Shown one piece after another: positions 28,546-38,429 of a stretch of 62,469 nucleotides of DNA (position 1 is the first letter of the stretch; the number at the start of each line of letters is the position of its first letter). A program made the translations under genes and the position numbers. The stretch covers positions 1 through 62,469 of IMG/VR virus record IMGVR_UViG_3300035101_000006; one strand, given 5' to 3'. The notes beneath the pieces are model-generated. The model was not told the DNA's origin and made no database searches. It saw only the letters and a program-made list of their open reading frames with translations. The DNA is from a virus. Taxonomy: Duplodnaviria; Caudoviricetes.

Positions 28546-29142
28546 TTCTATCTGCTCCACCTCTTCTTCGCTGCGTCCACTGGCGAGAATGATGCCCTTG
28601 TAAATGCCCATCATATCGGTTTCAACGTCGCCGATGGCAACGGTGAGAAAATAGTGTAGGCTGCGTTCTAGCGGGTCATCCGGTACACTCAACCCCTGCC
28701 ATTCCTGGCGCTTTACCCACTCTTCCTCCGGCGGGGCGTTCAGCACGCGCACGCCATCGGTGGCGACGATGCGCACTAGGGCATTCATCAGGCGCTGGTT
28801 GTACTCTACCTCTGCTTTATCCTGTGCGGCGATGTAGTCAGCCCAGGCTTGCTTGTCCTCATCGGGCGCGTCCTGTATGGTTTCCTCGGTGTAATCAAAC
28901 GTTTCCTTGTCGCCGCCCGCAAATGTAGACTCGTAAGTCGGCACTTCTGGCCAGTCAATTTGTTTTCTGATGTTGTCGCCTGCCGCGTCCAGCATCGCGC
29001 CTACTGGCTGGCATTCCAGCTCTACGCCGCGTGACGTGGTTGTGATGGGCAAGCCATTGTCTGACAGCGGGAAGCCACCGAATGTCTCGCGCTTTGCCTT
29101 GCGCTCTGCCGCACGTTTTGCCGTTCTCGTCTTGCTGCTCAT
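28435..29142 (-). CDS. Tail assembly chaperone (gpG-like)
   Basis: Between tail tube and tape measure; ...EEFFR then an acidic tail. Confidence 0.65.
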   Translation of the reverse strand: MSSKTRTAKRAAERKAKRETFGGFPLSDNGLPITTTSRGVELECQPVGAMLDAAGDNIRKQIDWPEVPTYESTFAGGDKETFDYTEETIQDAPDEDKQAWADYIAAQDKAEVEYNQRLMNALVRIVATDGVRVLNAPPEEEWVKRQEWQGLSVPDDPLERSLHYFLTVAIGDVETDMMGIYKGIILASGRSEEEVEQIEEFFRSGVGEDTGDGDTTEEAAAGDEPGEEEAMVEQQ

Positions 29143-29170
29143 AACATAAACCTCCCCTGTGTTCCTTGGG

Positions 29171-29227
29171 GACACGCCCGACAGGAACGCGGGGGAGGTT
29201 GTAGCCACGTCCTGCCGGGCGTTGTCC
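29171..29227. other. Intergenic stem-loop between tail tube and chaperone genes
   Basis: GCCCGACAGGAACG ... CGTCCTGCCGGGC imperfect IR. Confidence 0.45.
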
Positions 29228-29263
29228 GCTGTTATTTGTCAAGCGCCTCCCCTGCGCTTGATA

Positions 29264-30844
29264 CTACACGCTGCCTTGTGCGCTCAGTTCCAGTATCAGG
29301 CCGACAGAGTTGACGACCTCGCCAACCGCAAAGATGTGGTTGGTGTCGCACATCCATAGAGCGTTCATCCCGTAGTATTCCAGCGCGCCGTCAAAGGCCG
29401 TGTCGTGCGCGTATGCTTCCCAGTGCTCGCCGCCATCGAACGTGCGGTAAACAGCGCCAAAGTCATCGGCAGCAACCGAGTAGTTGCCACAGCACGCGCC
29501 GTCGAACTCGTTGATGAACACCACGTCGCCCAGGGCGTCAGGGGTCTTGGAGGTCAGCACGCGCTGCGTCCAGTTCGCGCCGAAGTCATTACTGTACCAC
29601 AGGCCGCCGTCCTCGTCACACACCCACACGCGGTTGGAGTCCACCAAGTCGCAGCCGGTGAGAATCTTTGCCGCCGCTCCGGTTCCCAGGCTCCAATGCT
29701 CCCCGCCGTCCGTGGTGGTCAGGTAAACGCTTGACGCGCCGGTCGTGCCGCCAACGCAGACGCCGTAGTTGTAGTCAAGGAAGCGGATGCAGAACAATTC
29801 CTCTGCGCCGCCGACAGGGACCGGCGCAACCTGGTCGGTCCAGGATAGGGCCGCGTCGTCAGAGAAAAAGATATTCCCCTGGTCGGTGCAGCACCAGATG
29901 TGTTGCGCGTCAAAGGCGAACAGCGTGCCACCGTGAACGGCAAACTCGCCATTCGTCGCGCCGACGTTGACATTTGTCCACGCGCCCCAGGTGGCTGTCG
30001 GGATGTCGTAGTCAGCATACCCGATCTCGGCCGGGTTCGCGCCATCGGTTGTGCCCCGAATAGTGACCATCCGCACGGTGTCTTTGTCCAGCGCAAAGCG
30101 CACGACGCTGGCAACGTCCTCGTCGTTACCGAATGGATCTGTGCCGACCGCCGTTCCGTTAGCCCATCCGTCGGTTGATGTCCACACTTCAGCGGAAACA
30201 CCGCTGGCGGCGTCTGCGGCGATGCTACCGCGCTCGCAGTCATCTTGCAACCCGCCACAGGGACCGATGCACTGCGCATCCTCGCTGAACCAGATGTCGC
30301 GCAGCGGTTCGTCCTCTGCGATGTTGCTACGATCGGTGATGACCAGGGGCCAGTAGTCGGCCGGCAGAGGCTCACCACTCAAGTCAAACGACTGGGTAGC
30401 CATATCCGCCGCGCCATCGCCTGCATCGACCATCCCGCGCACGAGCGCACCCTTGGCCTTGCTGGTGAAGATGCCGTTTGCCAAGCGTTCGCCGTGTTCA
30501 TAGTTCAGGAACGTGTCGGGCCGCCCGCAGTGCAGGTGATGCAAATACACCGGCATCGGGCAGCGCCGCGCAGCCTGCATTTGTAGATAGTCGCGCGCCC
30601 TTGGCAGCCACGTTTCAATCGTAGTCGTCGCCTCGCCCGGCACACCTTGCGCCCTGTGAACGCTCAAGTATTTGCCATCGCCGCCCTTGCACATTCGCGT
30701 GGTCGTGTCGCCCAGCGGCGCGTCAACGGCGTCCAGGTTGGCGCAGGGGATGGGAAAACTCGCAGTATTGGGGCCATAAGGCTGCACCCAAACTACCCCC
30801 ATATCCCCGTCGAAGTAGTTGTCTTTACTCGTCTTGTTTGGCAT
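29264..30844 (-). CDS. Putative major tail (tube) protein with a C-terminal BNR/YCF48-like beta-propeller
   Basis: Position before the chaperones; Asp-boxes TTDGGEHW, SNDFGANW, RTFDGGEHW. Confidence 0.6.
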   Translation of the reverse strand: MPNKTSKDNYFDGDMGVVWVQPYGPNTASFPIPCANLDAVDAPLGDTTTRMCKGGDGKYLSVHRAQGVPGEATTTIETWLPRARDYLQMQAARRCPMPVYLHHLHCGRPDTFLNYEHGERLANGIFTSKAKGALVRGMVDAGDGAADMATQSFDLSGEPLPADYWPLVITDRSNIAEDEPLRDIWFSEDAQCIGPCGGLQDDCERGSIAADAASGVSAEVWTSTDGWANGTAVGTDPFGNDEDVASVVRFALDKDTVRMVTIRGTTDGANPAEIGYADYDIPTATWGAWTNVNVGATNGEFAVHGGTLFAFDAQHIWCCTDQGNIFFSDDAALSWTDQVAPVPVGGAEELFCIRFLDYNYGVCVGGTTGASSVYLTTTDGGEHWSLGTGAAAKILTGCDLVDSNRVWVCDEDGGLWYSNDFGANWTQRVLTSKTPDALGDVVFINEFDGACCGNYSVAADDFGAVYRTFDGGEHWEAYAHDTAFDGALEYYGMNALWMCDTNHIFAVGEVVNSVGLILELSAQGSV

Positions 30845-30847
30845 TGC

Positions 30848-31264
30848 TTATACCTCCTGTGCTGCCGCTTTTAGCAGCGTGTAGATGTTGCCAACCGCCT
30901 TGCCTATCGCGTGCTTGACGGCCCTGGCATTTGTCAAATCCTCTTTACACCACACGCCGCGCCGCCGCAGTTCTGCGCCAAGCGTGCGGGCCATTGACTT
31001 TGGTAAGTCTCCCAGGTGATCCTCCCAGGCGATGCCGTATGGTATGCCAGCGCCCAGCGCTTCTTTGCTGGCTTTTCCTGTGGCGACCTCATCAGCCGGA
31101 AGATAGCAGCGGTGCAGGTCGTCGCGCTCCACCCATTCGACGAGCGCGCTGCCGTCTTTCTCTGCAATGACCTTGACGGTGACCGTCTTGCGCGGTGCGC
31201 TTGCCTTCTCTGGTTCTATTTTTTCTTCCGTTTCTTCTACTGTGACGCTCTCATCTTCTGGCAT
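30848..31264 (-). CDS. Hypothetical protein
   Basis: GGAGG SD, neck region. Confidence 0.6.
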   Translation of the reverse strand: MPEDESVTVEETEEKIEPEKASAPRKTVTVKVIAEKDGSALVEWVERDDLHRCYLPADEVATGKASKEALGAGIPYGIAWEDHLGDLPKSMARTLGAELRRRGVWCKEDLTNARAVKHAIGKAVGNIYTLLKAAAQEV

Positions 31265-31274
31265 AATCGCCTCC

Positions 31275-31799
31275 CTATTCGTTTGTTGCGTTCCTTGCAC
31301 CGCGCCGCATCGCGTTTTCGATCTCTCTGTAAAAATACGGTTTTATCCATCTTATGATTGCATCTTCCAGCTTGCGTGGCTTCGTGCCTGGATGATGCAC
31401 TTCTTTTGCAAACACCGTCTCCCCGGTTGCCTTTCCCGGACCCTTGTACTGGCCGCCAGCCCCCGGCCTGGTTCGCGGCTGGTATCCGGTTGGAAAAGCT
31501 AATGTTCCCCCCGCTTTTTTTGGCTTGATCGTGTGTGGTTTCGTGCCTCTGAGCCACACCCATTTATCGGCACCCTTCCCGCCGGGCGCTTGTACCTTTG
31601 TTGAAATGTAATCGCCTGTATCCTCGGTCTTTGCTTCCCAGTTCGGCTTTTCCCCTTCCCATTCGTTTGTGATGCGCTTGTGGTATCCAAGCAACTTTGG
31701 GGCGATTTTGCGCCTCATCGTCTGCTCGACCTCGCGGCTGATCCCGCTCCAATTCGGCGCCTTTTTGCGCCCCCGTAGCCGTCGCACTAGAACTCGCAT
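31275..31799 (-). CDS. Neck/tail-completion protein (HK97 gp10-like)
   Basis: GTKPHTIKPK...VFAKEVHHPGTKP. Confidence 0.65.
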   Translation of the reverse strand: MRVLVRRLRGRKKAPNWSGISREVEQTMRRKIAPKLLGYHKRITNEWEGEKPNWEAKTEDTGDYISTKVQAPGGKGADKWVWLRGTKPHTIKPKKAGGTLAFPTGYQPRTRPGAGGQYKGPGKATGETVFAKEVHHPGTKPRKLEDAIIRWIKPYFYREIENAMRRGARNATNE

Positions 31800-32049
31800 T
31801 CTTCAAAGTCCTCCCTGTCCAACTTGGGCAAATCGCGCCTGTCCACGTAATAGCGCCAGCTGGCAGTGAACTTGTACCGCGCCTCGCTCGCGCACCCGGC
31901 CGTGGAAAACGAGCGCAGCGCCACGAGCGACTTGAACCCACGCTCGCCCGGAAATATCGCCGGTGGTTCCTGTTTGCCCGGCGCACCGCCCGGCCGGTAG
32001 CGTCTGCCACCGCCGCCGCCTCAGTACCAGGGGCCGTGTTGGAAACGTG

Positions 32050-32493
32050 CTACCGGCGGCGCTTGACCTCGTTCTCGATAATCCGCGCTGTATTGAAGTC
32101 CGTCCACGTCATCTCCGCGTAATCTACAGCCGGGAAGTCTGCCCCGGTTTCCCCGTCGCAAAGTTCCTTTTTCCCCGTGCGTATCAACTCAAGCTCGCCA
32201 TTAATCCAATCCAGGTATGCTTGGCGCATATCGTCGCCAATCATCGGCTTGGCGCAGTGACAAAAGTGGTATATCACCGCGTCGATGATGTTCAGCTTTT
32301 TCAGGTAGGCGGTCGCCCAGTCTGCCAGGTCGCAATCACAGGCATTCGCCGCAGCCAGCGCAGAGTGAATATCACTGGCGGCGATTTCGAGGATGCCGTT
32401 GATCGTCGCCTCTTCCTCGCTACCGCACGGCGCGTCCACACACCAAAACGCGGCGTACTCTTCAGCATCTGCGTATCTTCCACTACAAGCCAT
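32050..32493 (-). CDS. Head-tail adaptor (gp36/gp6-like)
   Basis: RYADAEEY...ILEIAASDIHSAL. Confidence 0.6.
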   Translation of the reverse strand: MACSGRYADAEEYAAFWCVDAPCGSEEEATINGILEIAASDIHSALAAANACDCDLADWATAYLKKLNIIDAVIYHFCHCAKPMIGDDMRQAYLDWINGELELIRTGKKELCDGETGADFPAVDYAEMTWTDFNTARIIENEVKRRR

Positions 32494-33308
32494 TATGACG
32501 TAGCCCTCACGATGTCGGCGCTCACAACGCACTTGCCGCACTTGGGCGATGTGACCGTGCCGCCTATGTCCTTCTGCGCGTCCCAGTAGAACGTCTTACT
32601 TGCTTCTAGCTTGGCGGTTTCATCTGCCTCTAGCGTCACCAGGATTGTGCCCGCCGTCGCCGCCCCGAGGACCGTGATACTGCCGTTTGCTGGCACAGTC
32701 GCCGTCGCCCCGTTGATGATCTCAAGGCCGCCTGTGCGGGAGATAAGCACGGTAGCCTGTGCGTCTGTGTCGTCTTTGTCGTCCTTCATCCCAAACCAGA
32801 TGTCGGCGTTGCCCGTCAGATCCCCCAGGCCGGTGATTGTCTGCGTCCAGGTGTCGCCGCGGTAGATGAACAGCGGGTCATCTGTCTGCTGTAGCACCTT
32901 TTTGACGCCAGGGAATGACAGGATGGCATTTGACACGCAACTGCACACGGCGTTTACCGCTGATAGCAACGTCGAGACGACTGTATCCAACCAATAAGCA
33001 GAATACCGAACCTCTGCGAATCCATCGCACCATTCTGCCCCCGCCTGGTCAACCCAGCGCACGAATATATTTCCACCAGTAGCCGCCGTATTCCCCTCTG
33101 CCGCGCTCAATGTGACCTCGACCCGCGTCCCGCCGGCGGGTGTTACAGTCGGCAAGTTGTCCAGGTTCGCAAATGCACCGCCATTGATAGACCTCTGGAA
33201 ATCACCAGCGGCAATTGTCGGATTTGCTTGTAATAGTTTCACATCGGCCTGTTGGAAAAGACCAACGCCAAACGTGAAAGTTTCTCCGACTACGGGCGTT
33301 TGTGGCAT
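32493..33308 (-). CDS. Virion structural protein (C-terminal BppU-like domain)
   Basis: IYRGDTW...GTILVTL...YWDAQ. Confidence 0.55.
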   Translation of the reverse strand: MPQTPVVGETFTFGVGLFQQADVKLLQANPTIAAGDFQRSINGGAFANLDNLPTVTPAGGTRVEVTLSAAEGNTAATGGNIFVRWVDQAGAEWCDGFAEVRYSAYWLDTVVSTLLSAVNAVCSCVSNAILSFPGVKKVLQQTDDPLFIYRGDTWTQTITGLGDLTGNADIWFGMKDDKDDTDAQATVLISRTGGLEIINGATATVPANGSITVLGAATAGTILVTLEADETAKLEASKTFYWDAQKDIGGTVTSPKCGKCVVSADIVRATS

Positions 33309-33316
33309 CTAGTCAC

Positions 33317-33622
33317 CTATGCAAATGTTTCCCATACCTGAGACAACAAATAGAACAGCTTGTCTCGCGTGTTGTCGTCTACGATGCTTCCGGGCAACCC
33401 GCTCAGAGCAATGTATAGCGCCTTGATGTCGTCTGTCGTGTAAACATTTGGGAAGGAGTATCCGGTGAAAAATGTTTCGAGTCCGGCGGGAGTCCCGCCT
33501 GTCAGCGCCAATAATTCTTGCACGATGCGATTGCGCAGCTTGTTCGCCTGCTCAAGATTCAGCATCATCGCTGCTGCGTTATCTCGCAGGTTGCTGAGTG
33601 CATAGTCTTGTGGTGTTGCCAT
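33317..33622 (-). CDS. Hypothetical protein
   Basis: 101 aa with GGAG SD. Confidence 0.6.
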   Translation of the reverse strand: MATPQDYALSNLRDNAAAMMLNLEQANKLRNRIVQELLALTGGTPAGLETFFTGYSFPNVYTTDDIKALYIALSGLPGSIVDDNTRDKLFYLLSQVWETFA

Positions 33623-33636
33623 AATTCGTTATTCTC

Positions 33637-34392
33637 CTAAAGATTTGCCATCGCGCCTGTTCCAGCCGTGCCGAGGGCAGCTACCTGGAATGCGTCAAGA
33701 GTGATGCTGTAAATTGCAATCGCTTGGATTTTTCCACTAAAATAATATCCTAAAATAGGACTTCTTGATGCTATATTGATTGTTGCCACAGATAAAACAG
33801 CGCCAGCACCACACACATTATCTGCTACACCGTTTTTGTAGCCAGTCTTTCCTGCAATAGCAAGGTTTCCAGCCGTGATGCGTGCTGTTGCAGCAGATGT
33901 GAAGTTCGTATAATACGAACTTCCTCCCGTTGTTTGCCATAATGCAAATCTATCTGCTGCCCCTGCACCAAAAATTCCACACAACAATCTATTCGTAGCA
34001 TCTGCTACGCCATCCGAAAAAGCGACAATCATTGTCCACGTCTCGGATGGTGATAGTCCAGTTGTTAAATATTGATTAGTGCCGTTAAATGCCCAGCCAG
34101 TTGCCGCCGCCCACGTCGGGGCGATCCCCGGCGCGGCATCGTTTGTGCCAGGATTATTCAGATTTATATAGCTTTCAGCCAGGTTCCCCGGCCCAGCCCC
34201 CCAGGTTATGCCATTAGCCTGCGCCCGATATGCCACCACACAATCGCCTGGGTCTATCGCCGCAGCCAGCGGGAATCCAGGCCACGGGCCAAGCCACCAG
34301 GGCACTCCCGCTTCCTCTCTTGGTGGCTCACTCACCCGTATGCCTCCCTGGGTCCAGTCAGGGTAAGCTATTGCGCGTTGGCCTAGAATCAT
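33637..34392 (-). CDS. LamG-like virion protein
   Basis: WAFNGTNQYLTTG...FSGKIQAIAIY. Confidence 0.6.
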   Translation of the reverse strand: MILGQRAIAYPDWTQGGIRVSEPPREEAGVPWWLGPWPGFPLAAAIDPGDCVVAYRAQANGITWGAGPGNLAESYINLNNPGTNDAAPGIAPTWAAATGWAFNGTNQYLTTGLSPSETWTMIVAFSDGVADATNRLLCGIFGAGAADRFALWQTTGGSSYYTNFTSAATARITAGNLAIAGKTGYKNGVADNVCGAGAVLSVATINIASRSPILGYYFSGKIQAIAIYSITLDAFQVAALGTAGTGAMANL

Positions 34393-34412
34393 ATCGCGCC
34401 TTTGTTAAGGTG

Positions 34413-34598
34413 CTACTCTTGCGCGCCAGGAAACACGACACGCACAGCCGCCAAGTTCTCGCTGCCAACCGCATCCTCAACGGCGCTATCCTGTGCCGCC
34501 TCGATGTCGCCGGGCAGCCCCAGCCCAGCGGCGACGAGGGCGGTTGCCAGGTCGGCATCTCCGAGTTGCTTTGTCAGTTTATCACCCTGTGTCGTCAT
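34413..34598 (-). CDS. Small hypothetical protein
   Basis: MTTQGDKLTKQLG. Confidence 0.5.
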   Translation of the reverse strand: MTTQGDKLTKQLGDADLATALVAAGLGLPGDIEAAQDSAVEDAVGSENLAAVRVVFPGAQE

Positions 34599-34608
34599 AT
34601 CGCCCCCC

Positions 34609-35559
34609 TTATGGAACGGATACCGTGTCACCGTCTAGGCAGTGGTTGTTCAGCCAGTGACCGCTCGTGGCGTCGTCGCACGTCCCGCCCGGCCCGGTGT
34701 ACTGTGCCAGCGTGCAGCCCAGCCAGTTATCGGAGACGAGGTTTGTGGCGCCGCCCGTCAGGTCGATGTAGTTCGCCGCGCCTGCCGGGTTGCCGATGAT
34801 CCTGTTTGCGTGAATCACGCAGTCGTCGGTGTCCTCAAGGTCGATCGCCGCCGTGCATTGCAGGAAGTCGCAACCGCTGATAAAGCAGTAGTCCGGGTCG
34901 CCTGCCACGTCCATACTGAAGATTGCGGCGATTTGGATATTGTCAAAGAGACAACCGACGATCTGGTTGTACCACGAGTAGTCGAGTTGGATGCCATAGT
35001 CAAGGCCGGCATCAAAGTGACAGCTCTTTACGGTAAGGTTTTCGCCATAGTCCGTTACGCCGTCCCATTCCGCCATAATCCCCGTGCAACCGGTGAAACC
35101 GGTGTAGAAGCCGATGTTTTCCACCAGCACGTCTGTCGCGTGAACGGTCAGGGCTACCCCGTTATTTGCCGCGGGCGACCAGGTGCAGGCCAGCGGATTA
35201 GGGCCGGTGCCGACGATGCGGATGCCGCCCTTCGTGTATGGGATTGTGACCGATTCCACGACCTGCACGGGGCGTTGTCCGGCGGCGTACTGCCAGCCGT
35301 CGTTAGGGGCGATGAAGATGGTATCGCCGCGATAGGCGCGGCACAACGTCACGGCGGCGGCAACGGTCGCCAGCGGCACGGTCGGGTCCTCGCCGTGGTT
35401 GCCGGCGTCCGTCGCTTGCGCGTTGTTTGGGTCCACGAAAAACCGCTTTGCACCAGGTGCCATATAGACACCGTTGGCGATGGCAGTTTCCCACCCGAAC
35501 CCCCATACACGCTCCACGCCATCACTTTGGCCGGCGTTCTTGTCAAATGTAGTTCTCAT
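34609..35559 (-). CDS. Right-handed beta-helix (pectin-lyase-like) virion protein
   Basis: FFVDPN...PLATVAAAV...GDTIFIAP; parallel beta-helix repeats. Confidence 0.7.
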   Translation of the reverse strand: MRTTFDKNAGQSDGVERVWGFGWETAIANGVYMAPGAKRFFVDPNNAQATDAGNHGEDPTVPLATVAAAVTLCRAYRGDTIFIAPNDGWQYAAGQRPVQVVESVTIPYTKGGIRIVGTGPNPLACTWSPAANNGVALTVHATDVLVENIGFYTGFTGCTGIMAEWDGVTDYGENLTVKSCHFDAGLDYGIQLDYSWYNQIVGCLFDNIQIAAIFSMDVAGDPDYCFISGCDFLQCTAAIDLEDTDDCVIHANRIIGNPAGAANYIDLTGGATNLVSDNWLGCTLAQYTGPGGTCDDATSGHWLNNHCLDGDTVSVP

Positions 35560-35575
35560 AGGAAGCTCCTATCTT

Positions 35576-35619
35576 TGGCGGGGAGGGGAGAAAGGAGTTG
35601 TGAAACCCCTCCCCGCCAT
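35576..35619. terminator. Strong intergenic hairpin
   Basis: TGGCGGGGAGGG ... CCCTCCCCGCCA; no clear U-tract. Confidence 0.45.
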
Positions 35620-35693
35620 TGTCAATGCGGGGCCGCGACTGCCACTAGGTGCAATCGTTTTGCAGAATGTCGTCGCTCGTCGCCCCTCACCTG

Positions 35694-35879
35694 CTAGGAT
35701 TCTTGTTCAGGTTCCGGCTTGGCGTCGGACTTGGCCTTCTTTGGTTTCGATTTCGGCTTTGCCGCCGCCTTCTTGGCTGATTTGTGGTCATCGGCCATCT
35801 TGGCCTTGAGCAGCTCCCCCAGTAGAGCGTCAAACTCTGCTGCCGGTAGTTCCTTCTTGTCATTCAGCGAATCAAACAT
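35694..35879 (-). CDS. Small Lys/Ala-rich protein
   Basis: GAGGTG SD, 61 aa. Confidence 0.55.
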   Translation of the reverse strand: MFDSLNDKKELPAAEFDALLGELLKAKMADDHKSAKKAAAKPKSKPKKAKSDAKPEPEQES

Positions 35880-35891
35880 ATAGCACCTCTC

Positions 35892-36803
35892 TTACGTTCC
35901 CACCAACTCGATAGCCCCCACACCGTTGTCGTTTACGTGGTTGTCGATGGTCATATTGGCATCGGCGTGGTTGATGGCGTCAACTGCAACAATCCAGTTC
36001 CCCGCACAGAACAAGTCGCCAACGACGCTATCGTTGATGCCCGTCGTCAGTAATGCCCCGCCGCCGCTCCATATCATATTGCGGTATGCGACAGAGCCGC
36101 CGCACAGGGCAGCGCCAGACAAGTCGATCCCGGTGGTTACTGCCTTGATTGTGCAGTGTGCAATCACGCAATCAAAGAAGTCGCCGGTGCTGCGTATTCC
36201 GGTCGTGATGGGGTTCGTGTTGAATGAGAAGTTACAGCCGATAATCTGGCTCCCGCCGGCGTCAGTCGTGTCGATGCCAACCGTGGCTAGGCCAGGATTG
36301 CCGTCGTTGATATTGCAATTCTGGATGATGCACGAGTTCATCACGCCAAAGTCGAGGACGGGCGCGGCAGTGTTGACGGTAAACCGGATATTGTAAAGGT
36401 GCAGGCCGAGGCCAGTTCCGGCAAGGGCAGACCCTGCGGCGGGTTCCACCCTAGCCTGGATGTCTCCACCGTTTGCCACTCCGAGTCCGATCATCCGGCA
36501 GTAGTATGGCGGAGTCAGATTTTCGGCGTATGCACCAGGCGCAATCCAGATGTTGTTCATCGGCTGCGGCGTTGCCGCCCAGTCGATCGTCGCGTTGTGC
36601 GCCGTGATCGCCGCCTGGATTGTCTCGAATGGTGCCTCCGGGTCAGTCCCGTCGTTGTTGTCGTCGGCATTGGGGTTCATCTGATCTACGTAGTAATTGA
36701 TGGCGGTGTCACCGCCAAGTTTCGCATATCTCGCAGTACCACGAAAACCCCAAATGCCCTCACGGAACGGGAAATTTCCCTGTTCTGTTATCATTTCATA
36801 CAT
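35892..36803 (-). CDS. Right-handed beta-helix virion protein (paralog of 34609-35559)
   Basis: YYVDQ..NADDNNDG...PFETIQAAI...IWIAPGAYAE. Confidence 0.7.
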   Translation of the reverse strand: MYEMITEQGNFPFREGIWGFRGTARYAKLGGDTAINYYVDQMNPNADDNNDGTDPEAPFETIQAAITAHNATIDWAATPQPMNNIWIAPGAYAENLTPPYYCRMIGLGVANGGDIQARVEPAAGSALAGTGLGLHLYNIRFTVNTAAPVLDFGVMNSCIIQNCNINDGNPGLATVGIDTTDAGGSQIIGCNFSFNTNPITTGIRSTGDFFDCVIAHCTIKAVTTGIDLSGAALCGGSVAYRNMIWSGGGALLTTGINDSVVGDLFCAGNWIVAVDAINHADANMTIDNHVNDNGVGAIELVGT

Positions 36804-36818
36804 CCTTGACCTCCTGCG

Positions 36819-37181
36819 CTATGCGATAGCGCGCGTTCGTTTCCATCCACGTCTGTCACTGGTCGGCTTGCGGTCTTTCGCGTTGTAGGCGTCAAGGAAA
36901 GCCTGCGCCTCTTCTGCGCGCTCAAGCGGCCACGCCTGCGGGTCTTTCTTGCGTTCCTCGATGATCGTGTTGGCCCGCTCGACCGTCATCCCCTTGTAGC
37001 CCGTAGAAAGCAGGGTTTCCATCTCTGGCGTACCCGGCTTGACCTTTGGCTGCGCGTCCTCGAGCGCCTTGATGCGCTCTGCGCTGGTCAGTTCCGCCGC
37101 CTGCCCAAGCAGTTCCTCGCGCAACTGCTCAAGCTGCGCCAGCTTCTCGCGGAGTTCTTTTTCAGTTAGTTTCTTAGCCAT
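36819..37181 (-). CDS. Hypothetical protein
   Basis: GGAGGT SD, follows the capsid gene. Confidence 0.65.
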   Translation of the reverse strand: MAKKLTEKELREKLAQLEQLREELLGQAAELTSAERIKALEDAQPKVKPGTPEMETLLSTGYKGMTVERANTIIEERKKDPQAWPLERAEEAQAFLDAYNAKDRKPTSDRRGWKRTRAIA

Positions 37182-37204
37182 TGTCTTTTACCTCCCCTGA
37201 TAGT

Positions 37205-37230
37205 GGGCGCCCGCCCGGAGACGGGCGCCC
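37205..37230. terminator. Hairpin after the major capsid gene
   Basis: GGGCGCCCG cccggaga CGGGCGCCC. Confidence 0.5.
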
Positions 37231-37248
37231 TTGTTTTTCAATCACGCG

Positions 37249-38409
37249 CTATGCCGTTGTTCCGTTCGAGTAGTAGATCCCGCGAAAGTCGGTGACGCCG
37301 ACATACGAGGCATCATCCCACCCGCCCACGATGTCCTCGACTGCGAACCAGATGTTTCCGGTCGCATAGTCGCCCATCGTGAAGGCTCCCGGCATCGTCC
37401 CGCTAATCATACTGATGTCGCTGGAACGCTGGAACACGGCCGGACCAGGCACACCCTCCATCCGCGCAACCGTCACGGTCGGAACCTCTGACGGGTCGGC
37501 GAACAGATACCACGGCACATTTGCACCGGCGAAGGCGATGTAAGGATCAACGCGCACACCGGCGACGAACTGCGCCAGCACGTTTCCACCGGGGCCACCG
37601 TAGGCCAGAATATCCTGCAAGATGTCTGCCGCTTGAATCTGCAAAATCTTGGGGATGACCAGCCACACGCGGTTAATGTTCATTTGGTTGCCGTTGGCGT
37701 CCACGCGCTGCATCATCGCATTCAGGCCAATGGCCAGGTTGGCAGCGGTAAGCCGTCCGGTGCCGCCGTAAACCGCACCGAGGGCCAGCAGCGTAGCCTG
37801 CGTGGTGGCATTGTCGTACAGGGCGCTCACCCACTCATCCAGCCAGCGCCGCGCGGCATTGGCCATCCGGGTCGGCGTCTCGCGGATTTTGCCCAGGTCA
37901 TCGTTGACAATGGTGCGCCACGACACATCGAACTCGACGCTGTATTCCTCGACGCCGTAGTTGATCTCCGTCTCGGTAACGTAGGTGGCCGCGTGCTGCG
38001 CCTTCTCGCGCCGCTTCTGCAACTTGCCCGGTTCGCTCATCCGAAAACGGGACACGTCGCGGAAGTCGGGCGTGGTGTCGGCGTAGGTATAGTCGCGCCA
38101 GCCGCCGACGCTGTACTGGTAGTCGGCATAGAACGCGCGGCTGATGGCGTCGGCAAAGTAGTCGGAGAAATGCGCCGCAGTCAGCACTTCCTTGAACTGC
38201 GCCGGGTGCATCCTGCGCCCGTTGCGCCCGATCTCGCGCAAGGCCGCCACGCGGGTCATCGCCTCGTCAAAAGGCAGCGTGGTAACCTTTTCTTTCAGCA
38301 CCGGCTCAAGGGCCGATTCGCTGAGATTTGATACATCCTCGATCACATTCGCGTCCAGGCCCATAGAGGCCAGCGCGAAATCTTCCAACCATCTCGTCAC
38401 TTGATACAT
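37249..38409 (-). CDS. Major capsid protein (Mu gpT-like, HK97 fold)
   Basis: PDFR..., VSWRTIVNDDLG, WYLFADP, DFRGIY; start MYQV after GGAGG. Confidence 0.85.
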   Translation of the reverse strand: MYQVTRWLEDFALASMGLDANVIEDVSNLSESALEPVLKEKVTTLPFDEAMTRVAALREIGRNGRRMHPAQFKEVLTAAHFSDYFADAISRAFYADYQYSVGGWRDYTYADTTPDFRDVSRFRMSEPGKLQKRREKAQHAATYVTETEINYGVEEYSVEFDVSWRTIVNDDLGKIRETPTRMANAARRWLDEWVSALYDNATTQATLLALGAVYGGTGRLTAANLAIGLNAMMQRVDANGNQMNINRVWLVIPKILQIQAADILQDILAYGGPGGNVLAQFVAGVRVDPYIAFAGANVPWYLFADPSEVPTVTVARMEGVPGPAVFQRSSDISMISGTMPGAFTMGDYATGNIWFAVEDIVGGWDDASYVGVTDFRGIYYSNGTTA

Positions 38410-38429
38410 TTCGTTTGCCTCCTCTTGGC

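Noticed and set aside
31564-32050. ORF 31564-32010, or another gene in the 31800-32050 gap
   Set aside because: Arg-rich, overlaps the next gene and has no convincing start, so it was left unannotated
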